A DNA stretch of 64,000 bases, from contig CAWIXE010000002.1 of the NCBI GenBank assembly GCA_963840035.1, positions 544,001 through 608,000 on the forward strand, given 5' to 3'. This document shows positions 28,775-39,762 of the stretch, piece after piece. Under the pieces are notes generated by a model. That model saw only the letters and a program-made list of their open reading frames with translations, was not told the DNA's origin and did no database searches. Source of the stretch: a candidate division FCPU426 bacterium (GTDB lineage Bacteria; Oederibacteriota; PGYV01; Palsa-1178). Position numbers and translations under genes: made by a program. How positions within the stretch are numbered: position 1 is the stretch's first letter; every line of letters starts with the position of its first letter.

Positions 28775-30255
28775 TGACTGACAAAGTAAGGTTGTTTTAC
28801 ATATCGTGTGTTGTTTTCATAACGGGAGCGGTCGTGCTTATGCTGGAAATACTCGGGACAAGGATAGTTGCCCCGTATTTCGGGACCACAATATATGTGT
28901 GGTCTTCCCTTATAGGCGTGACATTGCTGGCGCTTACGGCAGGTTATTTTATCGGGGGCAGGCTTGCCGATAAGAATCCGGCGCCTGTAATACTGTGCGC
29001 GATACTGCTGGCCTCAGCTTTTTTTGTTTTTATAATACCTTTTATTTCAAACCCTGTCATGAAGTTCTTAAACGGGGCCGGAGCCAGGGCAGGCAGTCTT
29101 TTAACCGCGGTAGTGCTCTTCGCGCTGCCGCTTTGCCTTCTGGGAATGGTTACGCCATTTGCCCTTAAGTTGGCGATAAAAGATGTAGGTTCCGCAGGAA
29201 GCGTTTCAGGCATGCTTTATGGGATATCAACAATAGGCAGTTTTGCAGGCGCAATATCAGCGGGGTTTTACCTCATCCCCATGCTGGGCATAAATATAAT
29301 TATTGATATAATGGCGGGCGTATTATGCGCCGCAGCCCTTATATGGCTGGCCATGTCAGGCAAGCCAAAATTGCCGGTTTTTTTTCTGCTTCTGATAGCA
29401 GTAATACTTGTTTTAAAACCGCATGAAGGCGGCTTCCTTAAGCAGGGAGGAACGACAGTTATTTATGACAGGCAGTCTGCGTACGCTCGGATAAAGGTTG
29501 TGGACTATATGAGGACGCTGCGGGCTCTGTTAATCGACGGGTCAATACAAACTTTATACGACAAAAGAAAAGATGAATTTTGGGTAAGTTACATGAAAAT
29601 GTTTGAAAATTCGCTCCTAATGCAAGGCGCCCCAAAGACCGCCCTCATAGTCGGCCTTGGCGGAGGCGGGTTTGATATAATACTTAAGAAAAAGGGACTT
29701 GATGTGGATAACGTGGAGATAGACCCGGTTATCGCGGAAATTGCCGCAAAGTACTTCGGTTTCAGCGGAAATGTCATAATTGACGACGGCAGGCATTACA
29801 TAAGAAATACAAAAAAAAGGTATGATATGGTGTTTGTGGACGCGTTTTCAGGATACAGCATTTACCAGTATATACTTTCAAAAGAATCAATAGAAGAGAT
29901 TAAAACCGTCCTGAACCCGGGCGGAATGCTGGTAATAAACCTCATAGGGACAACGACCGGAGACACAAAAAAAGCTGAGCTTTCAGACGGTTTAACCGCC
30001 GCTGTTTATGCCACAGCGGCAACCGCATTTAAGAATGTTAAGCTAAAATGCGACGATATAGGGCTTGCCAATGTGGTTGTTTACGCCTCGGAAAAGGATT
30101 TTAAGACAAGCCCCCTATATATAGACGCGTACTCGAATAAACAGGGGACAGTGCTGACGGATAATTATAATCCGGCAGAGTCGCTGATGTTAGGGACGTC
30201 GGAAAAATGGAGAAATGAGTATGATGAGAGGGCCGGCAAGATAATACCCATGTAA
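28771..30255 (+). CDS. Fused membrane domain/spermidine synthase-like SAM-binding protein
   Basis: EILGTRIVAPYFGTTIYVW TM domain; VGLGGG, VEIDP, DDGR, VDAF and LTDNYNP motifs. Confidence 0.88.
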   Translation: MMTDKVRLFYISCVVFITGAVVLMLEILGTRIVAPYFGTTIYVWSSLIGVTLLALTAGYFIGGRLADKNPAPVILCAILLASAFFVFIIPFISNPVMKFLNGAGARAGSLLTAVVLFALPLCLLGMVTPFALKLAIKDVGSAGSVSGMLYGISTIGSFAGAISAGFYLIPMLGINIIIDIMAGVLCAAALIWLAMSGKPKLPVFFLLLIAVILVLKPHEGGFLKQGGTTVIYDRQSAYARIKVVDYMRTLRALLIDGSIQTLYDKRKDEFWVSYMKMFENSLLMQGAPKTALIVGLGGGGFDIILKKKGLDVDNVEIDPVIAEIAAKYFGFSGNVIIDDGRHYIRNTKKRYDMVFVDAFSGYSIYQYILSKESIEEIKTVLNPGGMLVINLIGTTTGDTKKAELSDGLTAAVYATAATAFKNVKLKCDDIGLANVVVYASEKDFKTSPLYIDAYSNKQGTVLTDNYNPAESLMLGTSEKWRNEYDERAGKIIPM

Positions 30256-30303
30256 ATTTAAGCGGCAAAACACTTTTTACAATAACTTGCTTTTGTATGC
30301 TCT

Positions 30304-30711
30304 ATGAGTTATACTATGTATATGGATAATACTATGGGGTTACAGCAGGGGCCTGAGCGAAGGCTTTTTAAACGGCTCAATACGCGAATACCGGTTCAAT
30401 ATGAAATATTTCCCGTTATGTCACAGGCGATCAGTTCAAGGATGAAAAAACAGGTCAAAACCGCCGAAGTTGAGAACATAAGCGAAGGCGGAGCCCTTTT
30501 ACTGATGGATGTGGAAATTCCTCCCGAGCAAATAATCAGGTTCTACATTAACCTGGATGAATATTCCGTTAAAATATGCGCGTATGCCAATGTGCGCTGG
30601 TCAAAGTACGAACCAGAGCTGCAAAAATACCGCGTAGGGATGAAGTTTTATTATTTGAAGGACGCGCACAGGGAAGCGATTAAGAGGATAATAAAGGAAA
30701 AGATGAACTAA
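30304..30711 (+). CDS. PilZ domain protein (start uncertain)
   Basis: RRLFKR (RxxxR) and NISEGG (D/NxSxxG) motifs. Confidence 0.85.
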   Translation: MSYTMYMDNTMGLQQGPERRLFKRLNTRIPVQYEIFPVMSQAISSRMKKQVKTAEVENISEGGALLLMDVEIPPEQIIRFYINLDEYSVKICAYANVRWSKYEPELQKYRVGMKFYYLKDAHREAIKRIIKEKMN

Positions 30712-30861
30712 AAGCCCGCGTTTAGGCCCCTTCCGGATATAATTTACCTTGATAAATCCAAACAGGATTGATAATATAATATATCCTTTTAGATTAATAA
30801 ATTTGAGCTTTTGAGCCTGGAGACAGGAGACAAAAGTTATAAAAAGACACGGAGGAAATAG

Positions 30862-32358
30862 ATGCTTGAAGTCAAACTTGCTGGGTATAATGCGGACGCT
30901 GACATAATAAACAAGCTGAAGAAAAACGGCTGGGACGGGAAGAATAATATCTCACCCGAGACCATTTCCGCGGCATATGCCAGGATAAGCAGGGACCCAA
31001 GGCCGGTAACCGAACTCAGGGCTGATTCCCTTGAAGAAGTGGATAAAGCAAGAAAGTCAAATGAGAACATTGTATTTAAAATGGGCCACCATTCCGTGGC
31101 TGAGCACGCATACCTGAACTTTGACATACTCGGCCTCTCCAGGCTGGCTGTGGAATCGCTTCAGGAAGCCAGGCTTTGTTCATATACCGAGAAATCACAG
31201 AGGTATATTACCCTTGAGGGCGACTATGTCTCGCCGAAGGAATTTTCTGTCCCTGAAAAGAAGATATTTGACGCCGCGGTTTCAACGCAGGTTGAGGCTT
31301 ATAAGAAGCTTTTTCCAATCCTTCATGAATTCCGCAAGAAGCAGTATCCAAAACAGCTTGAGACAAAATCAGGGCAGAACCTGCTTGAAGGCTGGGCCAA
31401 AGAGGACGCGCGCTACGCGTTATGCCTGGCAACCGAGTGCCAGCTTGGCTTCTCCTCAAACGCGAGGAACTTAGAGCACATTATAAGGAAGCTTAAATAC
31501 CATCCGCTTGCTGAAGTGCGACAGTTGGGAGCGGCATTATATGAAAAGGCCAGGGATATTGTGCCGTCGCTTGTGATACTTTCAGATCCGGAAGCCTTTA
31601 AAAAGCAGTTCGGCGCTGAAGTCTCGGACGGGCTTTTAAAAGACGGCAGGGAAAAAGCTTTGTCAGCCGTAAAAAAATACATGAAGGCCGGAAAAGCAAA
31701 GTCGAAAAAGCAGTCTTTTGTCAGCCTGATTGACCATACTGATTCACCGGACACAAAGGTAATCGCGGCAATGATGGCAGGCTATTCAGACAAACCTTAC
31801 ACGGATTGCCTGGCTGCGGCAAAGAAACTCGGTAAGAAAGGAAGCGCTGATTTTGTAAAGGCAATATTTAAAGGGCTCAATGAACATGATTCGCTTTACA
31901 GGGAATTTGAATCTGTGAATTTTGTATTTGATGCGGTAATGAGTTCAAGCGCGTTTGCACAGATGAAACGCCACAGGATGATGTCCATATTCAAGCAGCA
32001 GTATGATGTGAAGCTGGGGTATACTGTGCCGCCTTCAATTATAGAGACAAAACAGACTGACATTTTTAAAAGCGCCATGGAGTCCGCCGAGAAAGCTTAT
32101 AAGCTGCTCGTAAAATCAAACCCGGACGCCGCGGAATACGCGCTTACAAACGCGCACAGGCGCAGGGTGATAATTAACGCGAACTTAAGGGAAGTATATC
32201 ATATAGCCCGCTTAAGGATGGACTGGCACGCGCAGTGGGATATCCAGGAAGTATCAGCGGCTATGGTAAATGAGGTTAAGAAAGTCGCTCCGCTGACAGC
32301 GGCGCTGGCATGCGGTAAGGATAAGTTTAAAGAGACATATCAGAATTTTATAAAGTAA
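30862..32358 (+). CDS. thyX: FAD-dependent thymidylate synthase, two-domain form
   Basis: GHHSVAEH, EKSQRY and EDARY; second repeat QMKRHR and HAQWDI. Confidence 0.85.
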   Translation: MLEVKLAGYNADADIINKLKKNGWDGKNNISPETISAAYARISRDPRPVTELRADSLEEVDKARKSNENIVFKMGHHSVAEHAYLNFDILGLSRLAVESLQEARLCSYTEKSQRYITLEGDYVSPKEFSVPEKKIFDAAVSTQVEAYKKLFPILHEFRKKQYPKQLETKSGQNLLEGWAKEDARYALCLATECQLGFSSNARNLEHIIRKLKYHPLAEVRQLGAALYEKARDIVPSLVILSDPEAFKKQFGAEVSDGLLKDGREKALSAVKKYMKAGKAKSKKQSFVSLIDHTDSPDTKVIAAMMAGYSDKPYTDCLAAAKKLGKKGSADFVKAIFKGLNEHDSLYREFESVNFVFDAVMSSSAFAQMKRHRMMSIFKQQYDVKLGYTVPPSIIETKQTDIFKSAMESAEKAYKLLVKSNPDAAEYALTNAHRRRVIINANLREVYHIARLRMDWHAQWDIQEVSAAMVNEVKKVAPLTAALACGKDKFKETYQNFIK

Positions 32359-32427
32359 ACAAAAATGCGGTATGCCGTTGGTTTTGTGTATGTGGTAATA
32401 GTTGCAATTGAGGAATTGTCTGCGTTT

Positions 32428-32510
32428 GGGCGATTCGTGAATCGCCCATACAACATCTGACATAGAAGCGCAGTATACCTTGATTTTGTAGCCGCAACCT
32501 TCAGGTTGCG
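32428..32510. repeat. Two further REP-like hairpins
   Basis: GTATGGGCGATTCACGAATCGCCC (-) and GTAGCCGCAACCTTCAGGTTGCG (+, 32488). Confidence 0.7.
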
Positions 32511-32677
32511 CAGGGAAGCGATATTGATTTTTGTATGCATGGGGATTTAACAAGGGGATTACAATGACTTACAACTTTCTTAAAAAAATATCATTATTTC
32601 CGACTCAGAGTTCTATTTTAAATACAACAAAATATTAGCGCATTTGACTTTAAGTCGCCTTGTGAAAAAAATCCTTA

Positions 32678-32705
32678 TTGACAGAATAAATTAATATAAT
32701 ATAAT
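32678..32705 (+). promoter_or_regulatory. Sigma70-type promoter upstream of the hydrogenase operon
   Basis: TTGACA-16-TATAAT. Confidence 0.6.
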
Positions 32706-32955
32706 GCAATCATTAAATATAACAAACCGTTCTTAACAGCAGGGAACAGAGGATTGTCATGCGAAATGGCAGAAGGCCTTCTGAACCTTAAAATTTCACA
32801 GTATTCATTAATTTAGCACGTTTTTTTTGTTAAGCCTTGTGAAATATTTCTCTTACTTTTGGGTTTTCTACAGTAAATGCAACCAAAGTAGTAGCAATTT
32901 AGTCCGGCGCATAAAAATTACAAAGATAAAAAATTCTCACAAAGGAGAGACTGAC

Positions 32956-33471
32956 ATGATCACAGTTAAGCTGCCGCAGCAGGATGAGAAAAAGTTAGAC
33001 GAAATTATCAGCAGTTACAAGGGAAAGCAGGGAGAGGTTTTGGGCATACTTGAAGACGCTCAGAAAGCGAATAAGTACAACTACCTCCCGGAGGAAACAA
33101 TCAATTATATTTCCTCGAAAACAGGGGTACCGCTTACAAGGCTTTTTAGCGTAGCCACCTTTTATTCGTTCTTTAACCTCAAACCGCAGGGCGAGCATAC
33201 GGTTGTTGTGTGCAGGGGAACAGCCTGCCATACAAAGGGTTCAAAAGCCCTCCTTGACGACCTTGGAGCGGCAATGGGCGGGACAAAGGAACTCGAAGGC
33301 GGAGAACCTTCTTTCACCACCCCGGATAATAAATTCACCATCAGGACTGTCGCGTGTTTCGGCCAGTGCGCGCAGGCGCCTGTGGTATCCATTGACGGCG
33401 TGATATACAGCAATGTTACATCCGCCCAGATGCGCAAGCTTGTTTCAAAAGTCTCCAAAGGGAGGAAATAA
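32956..33471 (+). CDS. [FeFe]-hydrogenase NuoE-like 2Fe-2S subunit (HydC)
   Basis: VATFYSFF, CRGTAC and CFGQC motifs; AAGGAG RBS. Confidence 0.9.
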   Translation: MITVKLPQQDEKKLDEIISSYKGKQGEVLGILEDAQKANKYNYLPEETINYISSKTGVPLTRLFSVATFYSFFNLKPQGEHTVVVCRGTACHTKGSKALLDDLGAAMGGTKELEGGEPSFTTPDNKFTIRTVACFGQCAQAPVVSIDGVIYSNVTSAQMRKLVSKVSKGRK

Positions 33472-33473
33472 TA

Positions 33474-36400
33474 ATGAAGATAACCGAAAAAGCAGCGCTT
33501 CTTGAACTTCAGAAAAAAGCCCTAAAAAGAATCACTCCCGGAACACCCATGATTTCAGTGGGCGCGGGAACATGCGGAATTGGCACGGGCGCGGACGATA
33601 TATTCATGGCGCTCGGCAAAGCCATAAAGGTAAAAAAAGCCGACATTAAGCTGAACAAAGTGGGCTGCTTCGGATTCTGCGCGAGCGAGCCAATTGTAAA
33701 TATCTACATCCCGGGTAAGCCGCTTATAATGCTGAGCAAAGTTTCATCGAAAGACGCCGCGTCAATTGTTGAGAGCGTGGCAAAAGGCAACGCTCCGCTG
33801 AAAAAGGCGATGTGCAGGATAGAGTCTTGGGACTTCCTGACGTCAAAAGTTGAATACGGCAAAGGATATGAACAGGTCCCGGCATGGGATGAAGTCCCGT
33901 TCTTTAAAGGCCAGAAAAAGATGGTCCTGCGCGACGCCGGACTCATCAATCCCGATGAAATAGAAGAGTACATCGCCATCGGAGGATATCAGGCGCTCTT
34001 TAAGGCGTTAAAAGAGATGAACCCTGATACTGTCCTGGCTGAGATGCACAAGTCAAAGCTCCGGGGCCGCGGAGGCGCGGGGTTCCCGGTTGGAAAAAAA
34101 TGGGAACTCATGAAGAATGTCAAGGCGGACCAGAAGTATATAATATGTAACGCGGACGAGGGCGACCCGGGCGCATACATGAACAGGAACGAGATAGAAA
34201 GCGACCCGCACGCGCTTATCGAAGGCATGATAATCGGAGCTTATGTGATGGGCGCTTCAAAAGGGGTCATTTACATCAGGGCGGAATATCCGCTGGCAGT
34301 GGAACGCCTGAAAAACGCAATTAAGCAGGCAAAAGAACTGGGCATCATGGGCGAGAACATTTTCGGTTCAGGATTTAACTTTGACCTGGAGTATGTAGAG
34401 GGAGCCGGCGCGTTCGTTTGCGGCGAGGAAACAGCCCTCATGCAGTCCATAGAAGGCAAAGCCGGAAGGTCCATGCCGAGGCCGCCGTTCCCGGCTCAGA
34501 AGGGCCTCTGGGGCAAGCCGACAAACATCAATAACGTCGAGTCTTGGGTAAACGTCCCCCTCATTATTAATAGGGGCGGCGACTTCTTCGCCCAGACAGG
34601 CACTGAAAAATCATCCGGCACCAAGGTGTTCTCGCTCGTTGGAAAGATCAAGAACACCGGCCTTGTGGAACTTCCGCTTGGCACGCCGCTTGAGAACATC
34701 ATATATGAAATGGGTGAAGGCGCAGGCAAGAATAAGCAGATACGCGCCGTACAGACAGGCGGCCCGTCAGGCGGCTGCATACCCGTTGAGAATTTTAACA
34801 CTGCCGTGGATTATGAGTCGTTAAACGCGCTTGGCGCCATCATGGGCTCGGGCGGAATGGTAGTTATGGACCAGGATAACTGCATGGTTGACGTGGCCAG
34901 GTATTTTGTGGAATTTACAGCCTCGGAATCATGCGGAAAATGTACTGCATGCAGGGAAGGATTGTCGCAGTCCCTGGAGATATTAAACAGGATCACAAAA
35001 GGCAAAGGACAGCTTGAAGATATTGAAACCCTTGAAAAACTGGCGTATGTCATAAAGGATTCGTCGCTGTGCGGCCTCGGCCAGACCAGCGCGAACCCGG
35101 TGCTTACGACACTGCGTTATTTCAGGGATGAATACAAAGCCCACATCATGGAAAAACGCTGCAAGGCCGGCGTTTGCGAAAACCTCTTTATGGCCCTTTG
35201 CGAGAACAGCTGCCCCATGCACATGAACATACCGGCCTACCTGCAGATGCTAAAGGAAGGCAGGATAGAGGAGGCTTTTGAATCAACGCTCCGCGACAAC
35301 CCGCTTCCCGGAACGCTCGGCAGGATATGCCACTTCCATTGTAAGATGCGCTGCAGGAGGGACTCAGTAGACGAACCGGTGGCACAGGGCGAGATTCACC
35401 GCTATCTTGCGGATACCATGTATAAAATGGGAAAAGAAAAACAGCTTTACGCGAAGCTTATAAAAGAAAAACTCGCGCCCACAGGCAAGAGGATAGCCAT
35501 AGTCGGCGCCGGCCCTGCCGGACTGACCGCGGCGTTTTACCTGGTGCGCCTGGGACACACGGTAACCATTTATGATTCGCACCCGCTGCCGGGAGGAATA
35601 CTGCACTATGGTATCCCGGCTTACAGGCTGCCAAAAGACATACTTGCGAAGGAAATTGAGCTCATCAAAAAGCTCGGCGTAAAATTTGTCATGAATACGG
35701 CAGTGGGAACGGATATTTCCTATAAGACACTGGCAAAGGATAATGACGCGGTTCTGCTCGGCATAGGCGCGGAAAAAGACACGCCGCTTGACATACCCGG
35801 CAGCAACCTTAAGGGTATTTTCCCGGGATATGAATTCCTGGAAGACTATACAAAAGGAAAGAAAGTCAGGATAGGAAAGAAAGTCGCCATAGTGGGCGCC
35901 GGAAACGTTGCCATAGACGCGGCAAGGACAGCTTTAAGGCTCGGAGCGGAAGTCACAATCGTTTACCGCAGGGACAGGAACGAAATGCCCGCCAATCTTC
36001 ACGAGATTGAGGACGCGGAGGCGGAAAAGATTAAGTTTAAGCTCATGTCAGGCCCGAGCAAGGTAATCGGCGACGCGAAAGGCAATGTAAAAGGGCTTGA
36101 AGTTGAAAAGATGAAATTCGGCTCCATTGACCGTTCCGGAAGGAGGAAGCCTGTCGGCACGGGAGTCTTTGAGACCGTTGACTGCGACACGATAATCCTG
36201 GCCATCGGCGAAAAGGTCGAGTCGGCATTCGCAAAGGACCTCGGCATTGAGACAAATAAGAACGCCACGCTCAAAACGAATCCGTTTACCTTCAGGACTT
36301 CGAATGAAAAGTTCTACGCCATCGGCGACGCGGTAACAGGCCCGGCCACCGCGGCGGAAGCCATGGGCATAGCTAAGAAAACCGCTGAAGCCATAGACAT

Positions 36401-36629
36401 GGATTTAATGAAGGAAAGAAGGCTGTCAAAGCTTTACAAAAAGTTTGTATATAAAAATGAGGTTTCCTTAAAGCCCGAGGGCGGCAAGAATACAAAGCCC
36501 AAGAAAGTGGCTGCAAAGGACAGGATAAACAGTTTCCAGGAAATACTCTCCGGCTATTCCGGCGAGCAGGCATTACGCGAAGCTACCCGGTGCTTAAGGT
36601 GTGACATCAAGCCCGGCAGCGAAGAATAA
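33474..36629 (+). CDS. NuoF-like diaphorase subunit (HydB) fused to a GltD-like flavoprotein domain
   Basis: GRGGAGFP, NADEGDPG, CGEET and ESCGKCTACR, then CENSCP, GRICHFHC, GAGPAG, GAGNVAIDAAR and EATRCLRC. Confidence 0.92.
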   Translation: MKITEKAALLELQKKALKRITPGTPMISVGAGTCGIGTGADDIFMALGKAIKVKKADIKLNKVGCFGFCASEPIVNIYIPGKPLIMLSKVSSKDAASIVESVAKGNAPLKKAMCRIESWDFLTSKVEYGKGYEQVPAWDEVPFFKGQKKMVLRDAGLINPDEIEEYIAIGGYQALFKALKEMNPDTVLAEMHKSKLRGRGGAGFPVGKKWELMKNVKADQKYIICNADEGDPGAYMNRNEIESDPHALIEGMIIGAYVMGASKGVIYIRAEYPLAVERLKNAIKQAKELGIMGENIFGSGFNFDLEYVEGAGAFVCGEETALMQSIEGKAGRSMPRPPFPAQKGLWGKPTNINNVESWVNVPLIINRGGDFFAQTGTEKSSGTKVFSLVGKIKNTGLVELPLGTPLENIIYEMGEGAGKNKQIRAVQTGGPSGGCIPVENFNTAVDYESLNALGAIMGSGGMVVMDQDNCMVDVARYFVEFTASESCGKCTACREGLSQSLEILNRITKGKGQLEDIETLEKLAYVIKDSSLCGLGQTSANPVLTTLRYFRDEYKAHIMEKRCKAGVCENLFMALCENSCPMHMNIPAYLQMLKEGRIEEAFESTLRDNPLPGTLGRICHFHCKMRCRRDSVDEPVAQGEIHRYLADTMYKMGKEKQLYAKLIKEKLAPTGKRIAIVGAGPAGLTAAFYLVRLGHTVTIYDSHPLPGGILHYGIPAYRLPKDILAKEIELIKKLGVKFVMNTAVGTDISYKTLAKDNDAVLLGIGAEKDTPLDIPGSNLKGIFPGYEFLEDYTKGKKVRIGKKVAIVGAGNVAIDAARTALRLGAEVTIVYRRDRNEMPANLHEIEDAEAEKIKFKLMSGPSKVIGDAKGNVKGLEVEKMKFGSIDRSGRRKPVGTGVFETVDCDTIILAIGEKVESAFAKDLGIETNKNATLKTNPFTFRTSNEKFYAIGDAVTGPATAAEAMGIAKKTAEAIDMDLMKERRLSKLYKKFVYKNEVSLKPEGGKNTKPKKVAAKDRINSFQEILSGYSGEQALREATRCLRCDIKPGSEE

Positions 36630-36643
36630 GGAGGAGGCGAAAA

Positions 36644-38458
36644 ATGGAGAATAAAACAATGGTTAACGTAAAGATTAACGGAGCACCGTATCAGGTGGAA
36701 AAAGGCGCCACTATACTCGCCGCCTGCAAGAACGCCGGAATAGACATACCCACACTTTGCTATATGGAGGATGTTTCAAGGAACGCTTCCTGCGGCATCT
36801 GCGTTGTTGAGGTCAAAGGGGGCAAGTCGCTCATCCGCTCATGCATCACGGAAGTATTTGAGAATATGGAAATATCCACGAATACCGGAAGGGTCAGGGA
36901 AGCGCGCAAGATGAATCTTGAACTTATCCTTGCGAACCACCCGAATGACTGCTTAAACTGCCTGCGCAACCAGAACTGCGAACTGCAGTCCATGGCCTTT
37001 GAGCTCGGTATTAAGGAACCAATGTTTGGAAGGACAAAACCCATGGTAAAGCTGGACAATTCATCACCGGCTGTGTCAAGGGACATGAACAAATGCATCC
37101 TGTGCAAAAGGTGCGTCAATGTCTGTTCGGAAGTCCAGACCGTGAACGCGTACGAGATAATAAACAGGGGCATAAAATGCAAGGTAGCCCCTTATTTTGA
37201 CAAAGGCCTCGGTGAAGTGGCCTGTACCAACTGCGGTCAGTGCGCGCTCGTATGCCCGACCGGGGCGATTGTGGAGCAGGACCACACCGAGAGGGTGTGG
37301 AAAGACCTGAACAATGCCGACAAGGTCGTGCTGGTGCAGACCGCGCCGGCTATCCGCGTGGGCATCGGAGAAGCCATGGGTATGGAGAAGGGCGCGCTCG
37401 TCACCGGCAAGATGGTATCGGCTTTAAGGCGCCTGGGGTTCAACAAGGTATTTGACACGAATTTCACGGCAGACCTTACGATACTTGAAGAAGGCCACGA
37501 GCTGATAAAAAGGCTTACAAAAGGCGGAGTACTCCCTATGATCACTTCGTGCTCGCCGGGATGGATAAAGTTCATAGAGCATTTCTTCCCGAACCAGCTT
37601 GACCATTTATCCACCTGCAAATCGCCCCAGCAGATGTTCGGCGCCGTGGCGAAGACCTATTACGCTGAAAAAATGGGCATAGACCCGAGGAAAATATCTG
37701 TCGTATCCATAATGCCGTGCACCGCCAAAAAATACGAGGCAAAGAGGCCGGAGATGATGGGCGGGTATGAGTACTGGAAGGAAAAGATGAATCTGACAGA
37801 AGATGATAAGTTTTATGATGTCGACCATGTCCTGACCACAAGGGAACTCGCCAGGATGTTCAAGGAAGTCGGCATACATTTTGACACTCTTCCGGAGGAA
37901 GAGTTTGACAGCCCGCTGGGAGCGTCAACCGGAGCCGCGGTAATATTCGGAGCCACCGGAGGCGTCATGGAAGCAGCGGTCAGGACAGCGTATGAAGTGG
38001 TGGTAGGAAAGCCGCTCCCGTCGCTTGACCTGCAGGTTGTCAGGGGATTTGAGGGAATAAGGGAAGCCGAGCTTGACTTAAACGGCACCAAGGTAAGAGT
38101 GGCTGTAGCGCATACCCTTGGCAACGCCCGCAAGCTTTTAGAGCAGATAGAGGCCGGCAAGTCGCCGTACCATTTCATCGAGGTCATGACCTGCCCCGGA
38201 GGATGCTTAGGCGGCGGCGGACAGCCGATACCCACGACATGGGCCACAAGGCAGAAGAGGGCGGATTCCATATACGCCGAAGACAGGCACAAAGGCCTGC
38301 GCAAGTCGCACGAAAACCCTGAAGTGGCGACGCTTTACAAGGAATTCCTGAAAGAGCCGCTGGGCCACCTGTCACACGAGCTGCTCCACACCACATATGA
38401 AAAGAGGGGATATTTTGTAACCCCGTCTGAAGTGCTGCAGGAAGTAAAGATAGACTAA
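36644..38458 (+). CDS. hydA: [FeFe]-hydrogenase catalytic subunit, group A
   Basis: H-cluster motifs TSCSPGW, MPCTAKKYE and EVMTCPGGCLGGGGQP; N-terminal 2Fe-2S and 4Fe-4S motifs. Confidence 0.96.
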   Translation: MENKTMVNVKINGAPYQVEKGATILAACKNAGIDIPTLCYMEDVSRNASCGICVVEVKGGKSLIRSCITEVFENMEISTNTGRVREARKMNLELILANHPNDCLNCLRNQNCELQSMAFELGIKEPMFGRTKPMVKLDNSSPAVSRDMNKCILCKRCVNVCSEVQTVNAYEIINRGIKCKVAPYFDKGLGEVACTNCGQCALVCPTGAIVEQDHTERVWKDLNNADKVVLVQTAPAIRVGIGEAMGMEKGALVTGKMVSALRRLGFNKVFDTNFTADLTILEEGHELIKRLTKGGVLPMITSCSPGWIKFIEHFFPNQLDHLSTCKSPQQMFGAVAKTYYAEKMGIDPRKISVVSIMPCTAKKYEAKRPEMMGGYEYWKEKMNLTEDDKFYDVDHVLTTRELARMFKEVGIHFDTLPEEEFDSPLGASTGAAVIFGATGGVMEAAVRTAYEVVVGKPLPSLDLQVVRGFEGIREAELDLNGTKVRVAVAHTLGNARKLLEQIEAGKSPYHFIEVMTCPGGCLGGGGQPIPTTWATRQKRADSIYAEDRHKGLRKSHENPEVATLYKEFLKEPLGHLSHELLHTTYEKRGYFVTPSEVLQEVKID

Positions 38459-38469
38459 AGCCACAAACC

Positions 38470-38501
38470 AAAAGGCCGGGGATAAAACCCCGGCCTTTTT
38501 T
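38470..38501 (+). terminator. Intrinsic terminator after hydA
   Basis: AAAAGGCCGGGG...CCCCGGCCTTTTTT. Confidence 0.85.
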
Positions 38502-38566
38502 ATTGGTATACGCAAGCGTTTTGTTCTCGTAGCGGGCGCATATCATTCGTCCGTTTAACCGGAATA

Positions 38567-38882
38567 GTGTCGTGACCCAAATGTGGTAGAAAAAAGTTAT
38601 ATAAATACATGAATGGTATTATATTGGACAAAAACAGAGGTTTTGTTTATAATATCGAAAATGTAGGGGTTATTTGTACAGGAAGCTGTGTGTTGTGTTT
38701 GTTATGTAAGCGCAAAAGAATATGAGAAAAGTAGTTTATTTAAGTGCTTAAAAGCAACATTATGACTTCTATATTTTGTTGAGGTTATTATAATAAAAAA
38801 TACGTTAAATACTAGAAATAGTGAAAACGACAATAAAGTAAGGCATTTTATACGAGAATGTCTTGAGTCACGACGCGGACCC
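38567..38882 (+). mobile_element. Internally deleted, degenerate copy of the 39763-40906 element
   Basis: Left about 130 bp aligns by eye with 39769-39905; right end AATGTCTTGAGTCACGACGCGGACCC matches 40881-40906 with one mismatch. Confidence 0.82.
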
Positions 38883-39103
38883 GGTATGTTGAATAGCATA
38901 GTGACTTATGTGAAGACCGGTAATTGGCCTAGTCAAATTCAATTAGATAAATGTGGCCCTTGTATTGCAGATATTATGTCCAGCTTGGGTGAATGTACAG
39001 GAGAAGACGATAATCATACATATACTACGAGATGTGTCGATCCGTCAGAATTGGTCTGTGAATTGGCGCCGAGTTTGCAATAAATATCATTTTTAAACAT
39101 GAG

Positions 39104-39625
39104 GTGAAAATGAAAAAACTAACATTAATTATTATTTTTGTTGTTCTTGCGGTAATTGGGGCTAGCAATTATTTTGTTTACTCAAATCATGATAAAGCAA
39201 TCAACTACGATTTAAAAAATGTTTTTATTCCAAAAAAATGGTTTGTATTAAGATATAAAATTGATGAAAAGCGAAAAGTATTTAAAACATATACGCCCGA
39301 CACAACGTCAATGCTAATAGTAGCAACTGTTTATAATAAAATAACAGAAACGACGGTAAAAAGTTTAATTTCTGATTTAAATGTTTACAGACTCAATTTT
39401 ACAGACTATGATCTGATTCAAAAAAAAGAGCTTTCAACAAATGTTTTGTTTTATCGTTATGCAACTAGAAGCGATGAATTATTTTATATAATCGACGTAT
39501 TTGCTAAAAAACTGAATGATTCTTGCATTTATTTATACTACGCAAAAAAGGTAAGTAAAAAAAATGAGCCATACAATTTTGACGTACTGGATTTTATTGT
39601 AAAAATTAATGCCGAACTTGTTTGA
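39104..39625 (+). CDS. Hypothetical AT-rich exported protein (possible immunity protein)
   Basis: Signal/TM N-terminus, low GC, follows a Cys-rich gene fragment. Confidence 0.65.
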   Translation: MKMKKLTLIIIFVVLAVIGASNYFVYSNHDKAINYDLKNVFIPKKWFVLRYKIDEKRKVFKTYTPDTTSMLIVATVYNKITETTVKSLISDLNVYRLNFTDYDLIQKKELSTNVLFYRYATRSDELFYIIDVFAKKLNDSCIYLYYAKKVSKKNEPYNFDVLDFIVKINAELV

Positions 39626-39762
39626 TTAATATATTTACGTACAACATAATTAGGGTAACTGGTGGGTGTTAGGATGATGCATGCGACAATTTTTCGCTAC
39701 GGTAACCAGAACAGGCTTACAATCGAGAGGTATGCGGATGACAGTTATCTGAGGTAATAACC

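Noticed and set aside
32660..32942. Rex operator(s) upstream of the hydrogenase (TTGTGAA at 32660 and 32838)
   Set aside because: Only one half-site matches TTGTGAA-N4-TTCACAA in each case; plausible but unsupported
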